26,266 nt of DNA from a virus (taxonomy: Duplodnaviria > Caudoviricetes): the IMG/VR virus record IMGVR_UViG_3300017747_000933, positions 1 to 26,266 of that record; one strand, 5' to 3'. The position numbers were made by a program, and so were the translations under genes. The notes under the pieces were generated by a model that had not been told where the DNA came from, did not search any database, and was given only the letters and a program-made list of their open reading frames with translations. Positions 6,806-12,904 of this stretch are shown one piece after another. How positions within the stretch are numbered: position 1 is the stretch's first letter; every line of letters starts with the position of its first letter.

Positions 6806-6984
6806 AGCTTATGGCCCCTTATCAATCGACATTTTTGGCGGTCAGTATGGGAATAGTCAGGACTAATTTCGGCCACCGCGCAATTTAATTCGGCTTTGGG
6901 TTTAGCATCAATCGCCAGCATGGCCATGTATAGCGCCAGCATCCCAACGATAAACACATAAACGTAGATTAAAAGTTCTTTCAT
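6802..6984 (-). CDS. Small membrane-anchored protein (60 aa)
   Basis: N-terminal hydrophobic helix and two Cys; ATGA overlaps at both ends. Confidence 0.68.
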   Translation of the reverse strand: MKELLIYVYVFIVGMLALYMAMLAIDAKPKAELNCAVAEISPDYSHTDRQKCRLIRGHKL

Positions 6985-7367
6985 TTCATCCTCATTTTTT
7001 CCAACATTTCTGACAGCTTTTTCCTAGCTTCGTCACCGCGGCGCTTTTGCTCTGCCACTTCGGCTTGGGTCATTTGGCGTTCCAGGTGAAAGTCCGGTTT
7101 GTCAGGAATGCGCGGCCCTTCGTTCAGCAGCTTGGCAAACTGCAATGCGCTTGGTGGCCGGTCTGGATTCATGTATTGCAGGGCGTAATCCATCTTTGGC
7201 CGGTAGGTCAGCCCGATGCCGCACGTTTCCTTCCAGGTCTGACGGATCAAGTCAGCATCGACGTTTTTCCAGTTGCTTTGAAACATGGCGCCATACGTTG
7301 CATTCATTTTGGCAAACACATAATCAAAACCCGTGTCGGCATTACAAAAGTCGCTTTGTTTCCACAT
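6981..7367 (-). CDS. Lambda P-like helicase loader/replication protein (128 aa)
   Basis: FAKMNATYG..F..W...W...PDRPPSALQF pattern; directly follows the initiator; GAGGTG RBS. Confidence 0.6.
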   Translation of the reverse strand: MWKQSDFCNADTGFDYVFAKMNATYGAMFQSNWKNVDADLIRQTWKETCGIGLTYRPKMDYALQYMNPDRPPSALQFAKLLNEGPRIPDKPDFHLERQMTQAEVAEQKRRGDEARKKLSEMLEKMRMK

Positions 7368-8118
7368 GGATCACCTCGTTTGTTTCGTCGATTGTTTTTT
7401 CCCAAAAGTTTTTTGGTTTAGGGGTAGCCATGCCCCTGGTCAGTTCGGCCATGTGTTCACGGGCGCGTTGGGATTCGGTCACCTGCTCGACCGTCCAACT
7501 GGCCTTAAAACTTTGCCAGCCACGGGTGCAGCAAGTGGCCAAGGCTTCCTGAAGGCTCACACCGGCCTTGGCGGCTTCCCGCTGGATGCCTTCCAGGGCG
7601 ACGGTGGTCATTGGCGCCCGCTTGGCTTTTCTGATGGCAATAAACGAATCCCAAACTTCAACAGAAACGCCGTCAGGCGGGGCGGTAACAACCGCCTTTG
7701 TTTTTGTTGGTTTATGGTTATTGGTTATTGGTTTATGGTTAGTGGTTAGTTGAACGTCCGTTGAACACTCGTTCAACACCTGTTCAACTGGCGTTGAACT
7801 GTTGTTCTTTCGGCGTTCAGCAGATGCACGTCCAGCCGCGGATTTTTTGCCGCGAAAGGTACGATATTCTGCGATTTCCTTGTCGCAGCGCGTTTGTCGC
7901 CAACCATCAACACTCAACACAAAAAAGCTGGAAAGCAACAAATCAACATCATCTTGGCTAGCGCCAATTTGAAAAGCCAGAATTTTGGAATCTAGGGGAA
8001 GGGGTTTTTCGCTGTCGTAGTACATCCACAACAGCCGCAAATACGCCATTGTTTGATTGTCTGACAGCCTGGCGGTGGCTTTTATAAAGTCACCAATGTG
8101 ATGCTGGTAATAATGCAC
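7342..8118 (-). CDS. Replication initiator, DUF1376/YdaU family (258 aa)
   Basis: MHYYQHHIGDFIKATARLS...AYLRLLWMYY..EKPLP; C-terminal W..F...RKAKRAPMT...RGWQSF. GTG start at 8116-8118 with GAGG RBS; carries internal iterons. Confidence 0.88.
   Translation of the reverse strand: MHYYQHHIGDFIKATARLSDNQTMAYLRLLWMYYDSEKPLPLDSKILAFQIGASQDDVDLLLSSFFVLSVDGWRQTRCDKEIAEYRTFRGKKSAAGRASAERRKNNSSTPVEQVLNECSTDVQLTTNHKPITNNHKPTKTKAVVTAPPDGVSVEVWDSFIAIRKAKRAPMTTVALEGIQREAAKAGVSLQEALATCCTRGWQSFKASWTVEQVTESQRAREHMAELTRGMATPKPKNFWEKTIDETNEVIHVETKRLL
7708..7821. repeat. Putative replication origin: 11-bp-period iterons plus a 7-bp tandem array
   Basis: GTT(G/C)AAC at 7749, 7760, 7771, 7782, 7793 and degenerate copies at 7804, 7815; TGGTT(A/T)N at 7708, 7715, 7722, 7729, 7736, 7743. 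Located inside the initiator gene, as for lambda O. Confidence 0.8.
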
Positions 8119-8212
8119 ATTAACCTCACGTTGTTGGTCGTCGTTACAAAAAGGAAACATCGGCAGGGCGGTAACGAATCGCCTTTTCCCCCGCTAAAGG
8201 TAGCCGTGTTTC
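8119..8212 (-). ncRNA. Candidate structured cis-regulatory leader RNA of the initiator gene (three-way junction plus pseudoknot)
   Basis: P1 GAAACA-CGGC/GCCG-A-UGUUUC; P2 CCUU/GGGG; P3 GGCG/CGCC; the P3 loop UCGUUAC is perfectly complementary to downstream GUAACGA. Folded by eye only. Confidence 0.6.
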
Positions 8213-8217
8213 GCACA

Positions 8218-8247
8218 ACTCTACTCTCTAAACCACTCAGGGCGCAA
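8218..8247 (-). promoter_or_regulatory. Possible sigma70 promoter inside the 3' end of cro
   Basis: TTGCGC-18 nt-TAGAGT; the predicted +1 (about 8211-8212) coincides with the 5' end of the structured leader. Confidence 0.4.
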
Positions 8248-8379
8248 TGCTTTCAACTGCCAAACCCGCGCCTGGGGAATTGTCTTTCCCCACAGGCTGA
8301 TGGCCTGGCGCGTGATGCCCAGCAGCTTAGCCAGGGCAATTGTTGACCCAGCTTTCTCGATTGCTTGTTGTTTGTCCAT
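8221..8379 (-). CDS. cro: Cro-like HTH repressor (52 aa)
   Basis: Hand translation MDKQQAIEKAGSTIALAKLLGITRQAISLWGKTIPQARVWQLKALRPEWFRE; LAKLLGITRQAISLW...IP is the N15/P22 Cro-type HTH; first gene of the leftward operon. Confidence 0.88.
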   Translation of the reverse strand: MDKQQAIEKAGSTIALAKLLGITRQAISLWGKTIPQARVWQLKALRPEWFRE

Positions 8380-8385
8380 GCTCAC

Positions 8386-8414
8386 ATGGTAAGCCACCTT
8401 TCGTTTTTTTGCAA
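8386..8414 (-). promoter_or_regulatory. Leftward sigma70 promoter for cro (leaderless) with operator
   Basis: TTGCAA-17 nt-TACCAT, 6 nt before the ATG, no SD; contains AAGGTGGCTTAC. Confidence 0.72.
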
Positions 8415-8440
8415 CACCCTAAAATTTTTTGAAAGTATGC

Positions 8441-8469
8441 TTGACATGGCGGTTAAGCTGGCTTAACAT
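8441..8469 (+). promoter_or_regulatory. Rightward early sigma70 promoter with palindromic operator
   Basis: TTGACA-17 nt-TAACAT; perfect inverted repeat GTTAAGC-TG-GCTTAAC at 8452-8467. Confidence 0.85.
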
Positions 8470-8521
8470 GGGAACCGTACTAGATGACAACGCCCTGACG
8501 GGTCTTTTTAAGGAGAATCAA

Positions 8522-9109
8522 ATGTCCAAGCAATATCTTTCCTGCGCTGACACTGCCAAGCTGGTTCGGGCAACACTCAAAGAATCTTTCCCTGGCGTCA
8601 AGTTCAGCGTTCGCAGCAGTGTGTACAGCGGCGGCGCCAGCATCAACGTCGGTTGGGTTGACGGCCCAAACGCCGATCAGGTCAAAGGCATCGTCAGCGC
8701 GTTTGAAGGTTCGTACTTTGACGGCATGACTGACTACAAAGGCAGCAACTACGGCAGCCTGGACGGTCAAGAAGTACGGTTCGGTGCTGACTTTATCTTC
8801 GTCAACAGGCAAATCACTGCGCCGTTTTTGACTAGGGCAGCTAGTTTTGTTTTGAACTACTACGGCTTGGACAATGAAGTGGTGATCGACAGCGGCAACA
8901 AGTACAGCGGCGCGTACATCAAGTCAGTCAACAATTTGCCAGCCAGCGAAGCACGGGGTTTTAGCGCTTACGATATTCAGCGCAGAATCAATGAAGAAGC
9001 CAGCAAGTACAGCCTAGACGACGCAGCAGAAAGCGCCACGCTTAATCGTGTTGGCTTTCTGGGTGACGACCAGTACGGTTACGGTGCCGTTGGCCGGATT
9101 GCAGCATAA
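8522..9109 (+). CDS. LPD29 (large polyvalent protein-associated domain 29)-like protein (195 aa)
   Basis: TAKLVRATLKESFPGVKFSVRS...SINVGWVDGP...FDGMTDY; AAGGAG RBS; start re-called at ATG 8522. Confidence 0.8.
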   Translation: MSKQYLSCADTAKLVRATLKESFPGVKFSVRSSVYSGGASINVGWVDGPNADQVKGIVSAFEGSYFDGMTDYKGSNYGSLDGQEVRFGADFIFVNRQITAPFLTRAASFVLNYYGLDNEVVIDSGNKYSGAYIKSVNNLPASEARGFSAYDIQRRINEEASKYSLDDAAESATLNRVGFLGDDQYGYGAVGRIAA

Positions 9110-9120
9110 AGGGGACAACA

Positions 9121-9219
9121 ATGGACTGGGAACCAAACGAATGGCAAATCATACTGATGGCCATCATTGCAGCGCCGATTTTGTATGTTTTGCTGTGGGT
9201 TGCCATGGCGCTGTTTTAA
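9121..9219 (+). CDS. Single-TM micropeptide (32 aa)
   Basis: Hand translation MDWEPNEWQIILMAIIAAPILYVLLWVAMALF; AAGGGG RBS. Confidence 0.62.
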   Translation: MDWEPNEWQIILMAIIAAPILYVLLWVAMALF

Positions 9220-9223
9220 CCTG

Positions 9224-9253
9224 TTGACAGCCAGCGTCAAGCTGGCTTACAAT
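9224..9253 (+). promoter_or_regulatory. Second early sigma70 promoter with operator
   Basis: TTGACA-18 nt-TACAAT; contains GTCAAGCTGGCTTAC. Confidence 0.82.
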
Positions 9254-9294
9254 CAAACCATGCCGGAAACGGTCTATTACGAAAGGAAATTGAA

Positions 9295-9549
9295 ATGAAT
9301 GCAAACATCACAAACCGCGACAGCCAAGTGTATGGCTGCAACTTCCAAGAATTCCTGGCCGGTGTCACCGATTCCATCACCTACAAACTCAGCGGCGCCA
9401 ACATGATCGTGGCGGGCCTGATGTCGGATGCCCAGGAACAAATAGCGTTCGGCGACACCGAAGGCGCCCGCAAGACCCTGAATTGCGCCAAGGGCATTTT
9501 GTTCGCGGTCATGAACGGCGAACTGGACGCTGGCGGGGTGGCAGCATGA
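9295..9549 (+). CDS. Hypothetical early protein (84 aa)
   Basis: ORF track; AAGGA RBS. Confidence 0.78.
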   Translation: MNANITNRDSQVYGCNFQEFLAGVTDSITYKLSGANMIVAGLMSDAQEQIAFGDTEGARKTLNCAKGILFAVMNGELDAGGVAA

Positions 9550-9758
9550 ACGCCGTCACCATCACCAACCCCAACCAAATCGCAACGTTCATTAATGTTG
9601 AACTGGGCGTTGCGGCCCTGGTTACCAAAACCAGCACAGGTTACGCCGTGACGTTGTGGGACACCGACGCCGAACTGCCTGTTGGCAGCATCCGCACCTA
9701 TGGCAGCGCCATGCTGGTCGCCGCCATCAACTACGCAAAAGACATTTCGGGAGTATGA
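9546..9758 (+). CDS. Hypothetical early protein (70 aa)
   Basis: MNAVTITNPNQIATF...; start re-called at the ATGA overlap at 9546. Confidence 0.72.
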   Translation: MNAVTITNPNQIATFINVELGVAALVTKTSTGYAVTLWDTDAELPVGSIRTYGSAMLVAAINYAKDISGV

Positions 9759-9922
9759 GCATGAAACACAAACTTCGTTCTGTTAAACCGGTGGACGACC
9801 TGCCGGTTTTTAATATTCTTGATCGACGTTTTAAATACGTCCCAGCATCCAAAACCAACATCCTGAAACGCTTTCGCGCCATGGGCTGGGTGCCACCTTC
9901 CGAACGCAAGGTGACAGCATGA
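9755..9922 (+). CDS. Small basic hypothetical protein (55 aa)
   Basis: MSMKHKL...FKYVPASKTNILKRFRAMGWVPPSE; ATGA overlaps at both ends. Confidence 0.7.
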   Translation: MSMKHKLRSVKPVDDLPVFNILDRRFKYVPASKTNILKRFRAMGWVPPSERKVTA

Positions 9923-10173
9923 AAGCCGCAGCCATCATCCTGGCCGCGACGGTCGCGGGCTGCACTAGCTTGCCGCCTAACTCGACGCTGGACGCCCAGC
10001 AGCAATTAATCCTGGACAAAAAAATCCAACCGTTGTCCCGCAACGAAGTTATTACCGCGGTCAACGAATGCACCAACAGCGGACTACGCGCCGTCATGCT
10101 GTACGGCAAACGAAAAATCAATGACTACACAACCGAAATTGTCGTGGACGTTACCTGCGCCCCTAAATACTGA
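9919..10173 (+). CDS. Predicted lipoprotein (84 aa)
   Basis: Signal peptide with lipobox MKAAAIILAATVAG-C; two further Cys. Confidence 0.78.
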   Translation: MKAAAIILAATVAGCTSLPPNSTLDAQQQLILDKKIQPLSRNEVITAVNECTNSGLRAVMLYGKRKINDYTTEIVVDVTCAPKY

Positions 10174-10183
10174 AAGGCAAATT

Positions 10184-10786
10184 ATGGAAAATTCATTCAC
10201 TAAAGTTGCGGCGGCGTTCGTCAAAGCCCAAAAGGAATTTGGCCCTGCGCTCAAATCAGCGGTCAATCCTGCCTTTGTACGCAATGGCAAAGGTGGCCGG
10301 TATGCTGACCTAGCCGCTTGCGTTGAAGCGGTAATCGACGCGCTCAACAACAACAACATTGCGCTGACGCAACGCCTTAGTCCATGCGACAACGGCGTCA
10401 TTATTGAAACGGTGTTTGTCCACGAATCGGGCGAAATAATGACCAGCGGCCAGTTGCACGTTCCTGCGGCCAAACAAGACCCGCAAGGCTACGGCAGCGC
10501 CTTAACGTATGCCCGCCGTTACAGCCTAATGGCCGCTTGCGGTATCGCCCCCGAAGATGACGACGGCAACGCGGCAAGCGGCAGACCAAGCCCGCCAGCA
10601 GCACCCGTGCCTGACATTACCGACCACCTGTCAGCTATTGAAGCCAGCGCCAACAGCGAAGAACTAGCCACCTGCTACACCGCGGCAATCAACGCTTGCC
10701 AGGGCAACCAGGCACTTCAGAGCAAAGTAATGGCCGCTAAAAAAGCCCGCATCGAACGCGCAAAAAAGGAAAAAGCAAATGGATAA
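10184..10786 (+). CDS. erf: ERF-family ssDNA-annealing recombinase (200 aa)
   Basis: NPAF...YADL...HESGE...PQGYGSALTYARRYSL...GIAPEDDDGN; start re-called at ATG 10184. Confidence 0.93.
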   Translation: MENSFTKVAAAFVKAQKEFGPALKSAVNPAFVRNGKGGRYADLAACVEAVIDALNNNNIALTQRLSPCDNGVIIETVFVHESGEIMTSGQLHVPAAKQDPQGYGSALTYARRYSLMAACGIAPEDDDGNAASGRPSPPAAPVPDITDHLSAIEASANSEELATCYTAAINACQGNQALQSKVMAAKKARIERAKKEKANG

Positions 10787-11405
10787 CATCGAACAACGCA
10801 CCGACGACTGGTTTAGCGCCCGCCTGGGCAAAGTGACCGCCAGCAGCTTGCACAAAGTGCTAGCCCGTACCAAAACCGGCTACGGCGCCGACCGCGCCAA
10901 TTACCTGACCCAGCTTGTGTTGGAACGTGTCACCAACACCAAGGCCGAAGGCTACGTCAACAGCGAAATGCAATGGGGCATTGACCAGGAACCGTTCGCC
11001 AGGGCTACATACGAAGCCCACAGGGGCGTTTTGGTTGATGAAGTGGGATTTATACCCCACCCCATTATTGAAATGTCTGGCGCTTCGCCTGACGGCCTGG
11101 TGGGCGACAACGGCATGGTTGAGATTAAATGCCCTAGCAGCAAAACCGCGCTGGAATGCTGGCTATCCGACAATCCGGTCGAATCTAAGTATTTCGCCCA
11201 AATGCAATGGCAAATGCGCTGCGCTGGCCGTGCCTGGTGCGACTACGTTGTGTTTGACCCGCGGATGCCGCAAAAGGCCCAGCTATTCATTCACCGCGTC
11301 GAACGCGACGACAAATGGATTGAAGAAACGGAAAAAGAAGTCGTAAAGTTTTTGGCTGAAGTTGATGCCAAAGTTGCAGCCCTTAAAAAAATCATTGGAG
11401 AATAA
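10779..11405 (+). CDS. YqaJ/lambda-exonuclease-family protein (208 aa)
   Basis: EQRTDDWFSARLGKVTAS...MQWG...EP...GASPDGLV...EIKCP...YFAQMQWQM. Confidence 0.93.
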   Translation: MDNIEQRTDDWFSARLGKVTASSLHKVLARTKTGYGADRANYLTQLVLERVTNTKAEGYVNSEMQWGIDQEPFARATYEAHRGVLVDEVGFIPHPIIEMSGASPDGLVGDNGMVEIKCPSSKTALECWLSDNPVESKYFAQMQWQMRCAGRAWCDYVVFDPRMPQKAQLFIHRVERDDKWIEETEKEVVKFLAEVDAKVAALKKIIGE

Positions 11406-11408
11406 TTC

Positions 11409-11672
11409 ATGTCCAAAATCGTCAAAGAAATTACTTGCATCGTTGGCACCTATGTCAACGCCCAGGGCCAGCAAAAAAACCGCTACCAGCGCATCGGCTC
11501 AATTATCGACACCAAAAACGGCCCAATGTTGAAACTGGACGTGATACCGCTAAAAGAAGGGTCTTGGGACGGCTGGGCTTACATCAACGACCCAAAACCA
11601 AAAGACGACGCGAGACCGCAACGCCAGGCTGACGATTTCCCGCCTGACAGCGACTTCCCTGAATTTCCGTAA
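11409..11672 (+). CDS. Putative single-stranded DNA-binding protein (87 aa)
   Basis: Small beta-rich body with an acidic DDFPPDSDFPEFP tail; follows ERF and the exonuclease. Confidence 0.6.
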   Translation: MSKIVKEITCIVGTYVNAQGQQKNRYQRIGSIIDTKNGPMLKLDVIPLKEGSWDGWAYINDPKPKDDARPQRQADDFPPDSDFPEFP

Positions 11673-11683
11673 TGGGGGACATC

Positions 11684-11833
11684 ATGGGCGCCATTATTGG
11701 AATTTTGTGTCTGCTTGCATGGTTTACGCATATCTTCACTTGCTTTGCCAACGCCATGTGGGGATTTTTGCTGGCCGGTGCAATATTCTTTCCCATCGGA
11801 ATTTTGCACGGCTTTTACTTGTGGTTTAACTAG
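11684..11833 (+). CDS. Small two-TM membrane protein (49 aa)
   Basis: Hand translation MGAIIGILCLLAWFTHIFTCFANAMWGFLLAGAIFFPIGILHGFYLWFN; GGGGG RBS; an in-frame ATG also exists at 11672. Confidence 0.72.
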   Translation: MGAIIGILCLLAWFTHIFTCFANAMWGFLLAGAIFFPIGILHGFYLWFN

Positions 11834-11841
11834 GGGGCGCA

Positions 11842-12048
11842 ATGAATTCAGCAAACATTGAAAAGTCCGACCGGTTGCGACGGGTCTATAAACTGCTGTC
11901 CAAAGGTGGCGAATTCACCACCTTGGACATCATTTACAAGGCCGGTGTGTGCGCTGTAAACAGCATTGTCAGCGAACTGCGGGCCAACGGCTACAACATC
12001 AAATGTGAACGCCGCGCCAATAAGTGGTTTTACCGGCTGGTCAAGTAA
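11842..12048 (+). CDS. Winged-helix DNA-binding protein (68 aa)
   Basis: LLSKGGEFTTLDI...VSELRANGYNIKC...FYRL wHTH pattern. Confidence 0.72.
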   Translation: MNSANIEKSDRLRRVYKLLSKGGEFTTLDIIYKAGVCAVNSIVSELRANGYNIKCERRANKWFYRLVK

Positions 12049-12501
12049 CTAGGACAACTCAAAATGCGGCCCGTCAATAAACGGACGACGTTTGTTGGCG
12101 CGGCATCGGTCAACGTAGTTGTTCATGGCCGATTCCATTGTCCCTTGCCAGCGGCGAATGTCTTTGACAGTCCATGCCCCGCCCCATCGGATAGCGACAT
12201 CCATTTCGATGGCGGCGGCTTTCATGGCATCAGCCAGGTCGTCATATAGATTGAGTTCCCACGACGCCCTGGTGCCAATGTAGGCCATCAAATCCACCGC
12301 TTTGCCCTGGACGTGCTTGCTGTCCATAGTGTGGCTGGCGCCCTTGTTGACCAACTCCCGCTGGCGCTCGACGGTTCGCAAACCCTCAATCACAGCAAAG
12401 TCGGTTTTAGTCAATTCAATGGCCCGCTTGACCACTTTGACCAACCGTTCGTCAACGCCTTCCAAGTTGCCTAGGGAACGCTGCGACAGCTTAAACGTCA
12501 T
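12049..12501 (-). CDS. Endolysin, M15 (L-Ala-D-Glu peptidase-type) (150 aa)
   Basis: EGLRTVERQ, SKHVQGKAVD (SxHxxxxAxD) and DGPHFEL Zn-binding motifs. Confidence 0.93.
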   Translation of the reverse strand: MTFKLSQRSLGNLEGVDERLVKVVKRAIELTKTDFAVIEGLRTVERQRELVNKGASHTMDSKHVQGKAVDLMAYIGTRASWELNLYDDLADAMKAAAIEMDVAIRWGGAWTVKDIRRWQGTMESAMNNYVDRCRANKRRPFIDGPHFELS

Positions 12502-12665
12502 TTGTCTTTAGTCACTACACCGATCAGGCCGGTAATGGCTAGGCCAGCGGAAATAATGGCTTCAGAAAGGCCAGGCGCCATTGGGATGCCCAACGCGGTC
12601 AGAAACAGCGTAATGCCGCGCCAAGTCGATGCTTCCTTTAGACGGTCGAAAATGTATGCTTTCAT
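12498..12665 (-). CDS. Putative holin (55 aa)
   Basis: RLKEASTWRG plus two hydrophobic segments; GAGGA RBS; ATG 12663-12665; overlaps the endolysin start. Confidence 0.7.
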   Translation of the reverse strand: MKAYIFDRLKEASTWRGITLFLTALGIPMAPGLSEAIISAGLAITGLIGVVTKDK

Positions 12666-12672
12666 GGTGTCC

Positions 12673-12903
12673 TCACTTATGCCACAGGCTCGTAAAATAC
12701 CCAACTGCGCTTGATGCGGCTGAAACTAGCGCCATGCCAGCCCAAAAGCCGCCCCTTCCTTGGTTGGCCAATGCCACCAATTTTTCCAGATTGGATTCCA
12801 TTTTATCCATCTTTTTTTCCATGTCATCAAACCGGCGTTCGTAGTCCTGTACCTTTTGCCACAGCACACCGTATTTGACTGGATCAATTTCTGGCACGGC
12901 CAT
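12673..12903 (-). CDS. Coiled-coil plus C-terminal TM protein (XhlA-like/holin-associated, 76 aa)
   Basis: Coiled coil followed by GRGGFWAGMALV...; first gene of the lysis cassette. Confidence 0.65.
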   Translation of the reverse strand: MAVPEIDPVKYGVLWQKVQDYERRFDDMEKKMDKMESNLEKLVALANQGRGGFWAGMALVSAASSAVGYFTSLWHK

Positions 12904-12904
12904 T

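Noticed and set aside
8150-8212. Multi-stem structure as a tRNA
   Set aside because: Only two inner arms, no T-loop GTTCRA and no CCA end.
13-8346. Many plus-strand ORFs in the track (e.g. 1391-1783, 1851-2279, 2786-3352, 7145-7552)
   Set aside because: They are antisense shadows of well-supported, tightly coupled minus-strand genes, with no RBS or recognisable motifs.
9919-10173. Lipoprotein as an o-spanin
   Set aside because: It is on the early strand, is not Pro-rich, and has no adjacent or overlapping i-spanin.
2421-10786. Longest-ORF starts in the track (2852, 3006, 5244, 5684, 5911, 8160, 8429, 9483, 9656, 10121)
   Set aside because: They overlap neighbouring genes or promoters. Downstream starts have an SD or stop-start coupling and match where the family motifs begin.
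8380-12048. Prophage or lysogeny module (cI, integrase, att site)
   Set aside because: No such ORF, no host genes and no att-like junction in the window; nothing shows that this sequence is integrated.
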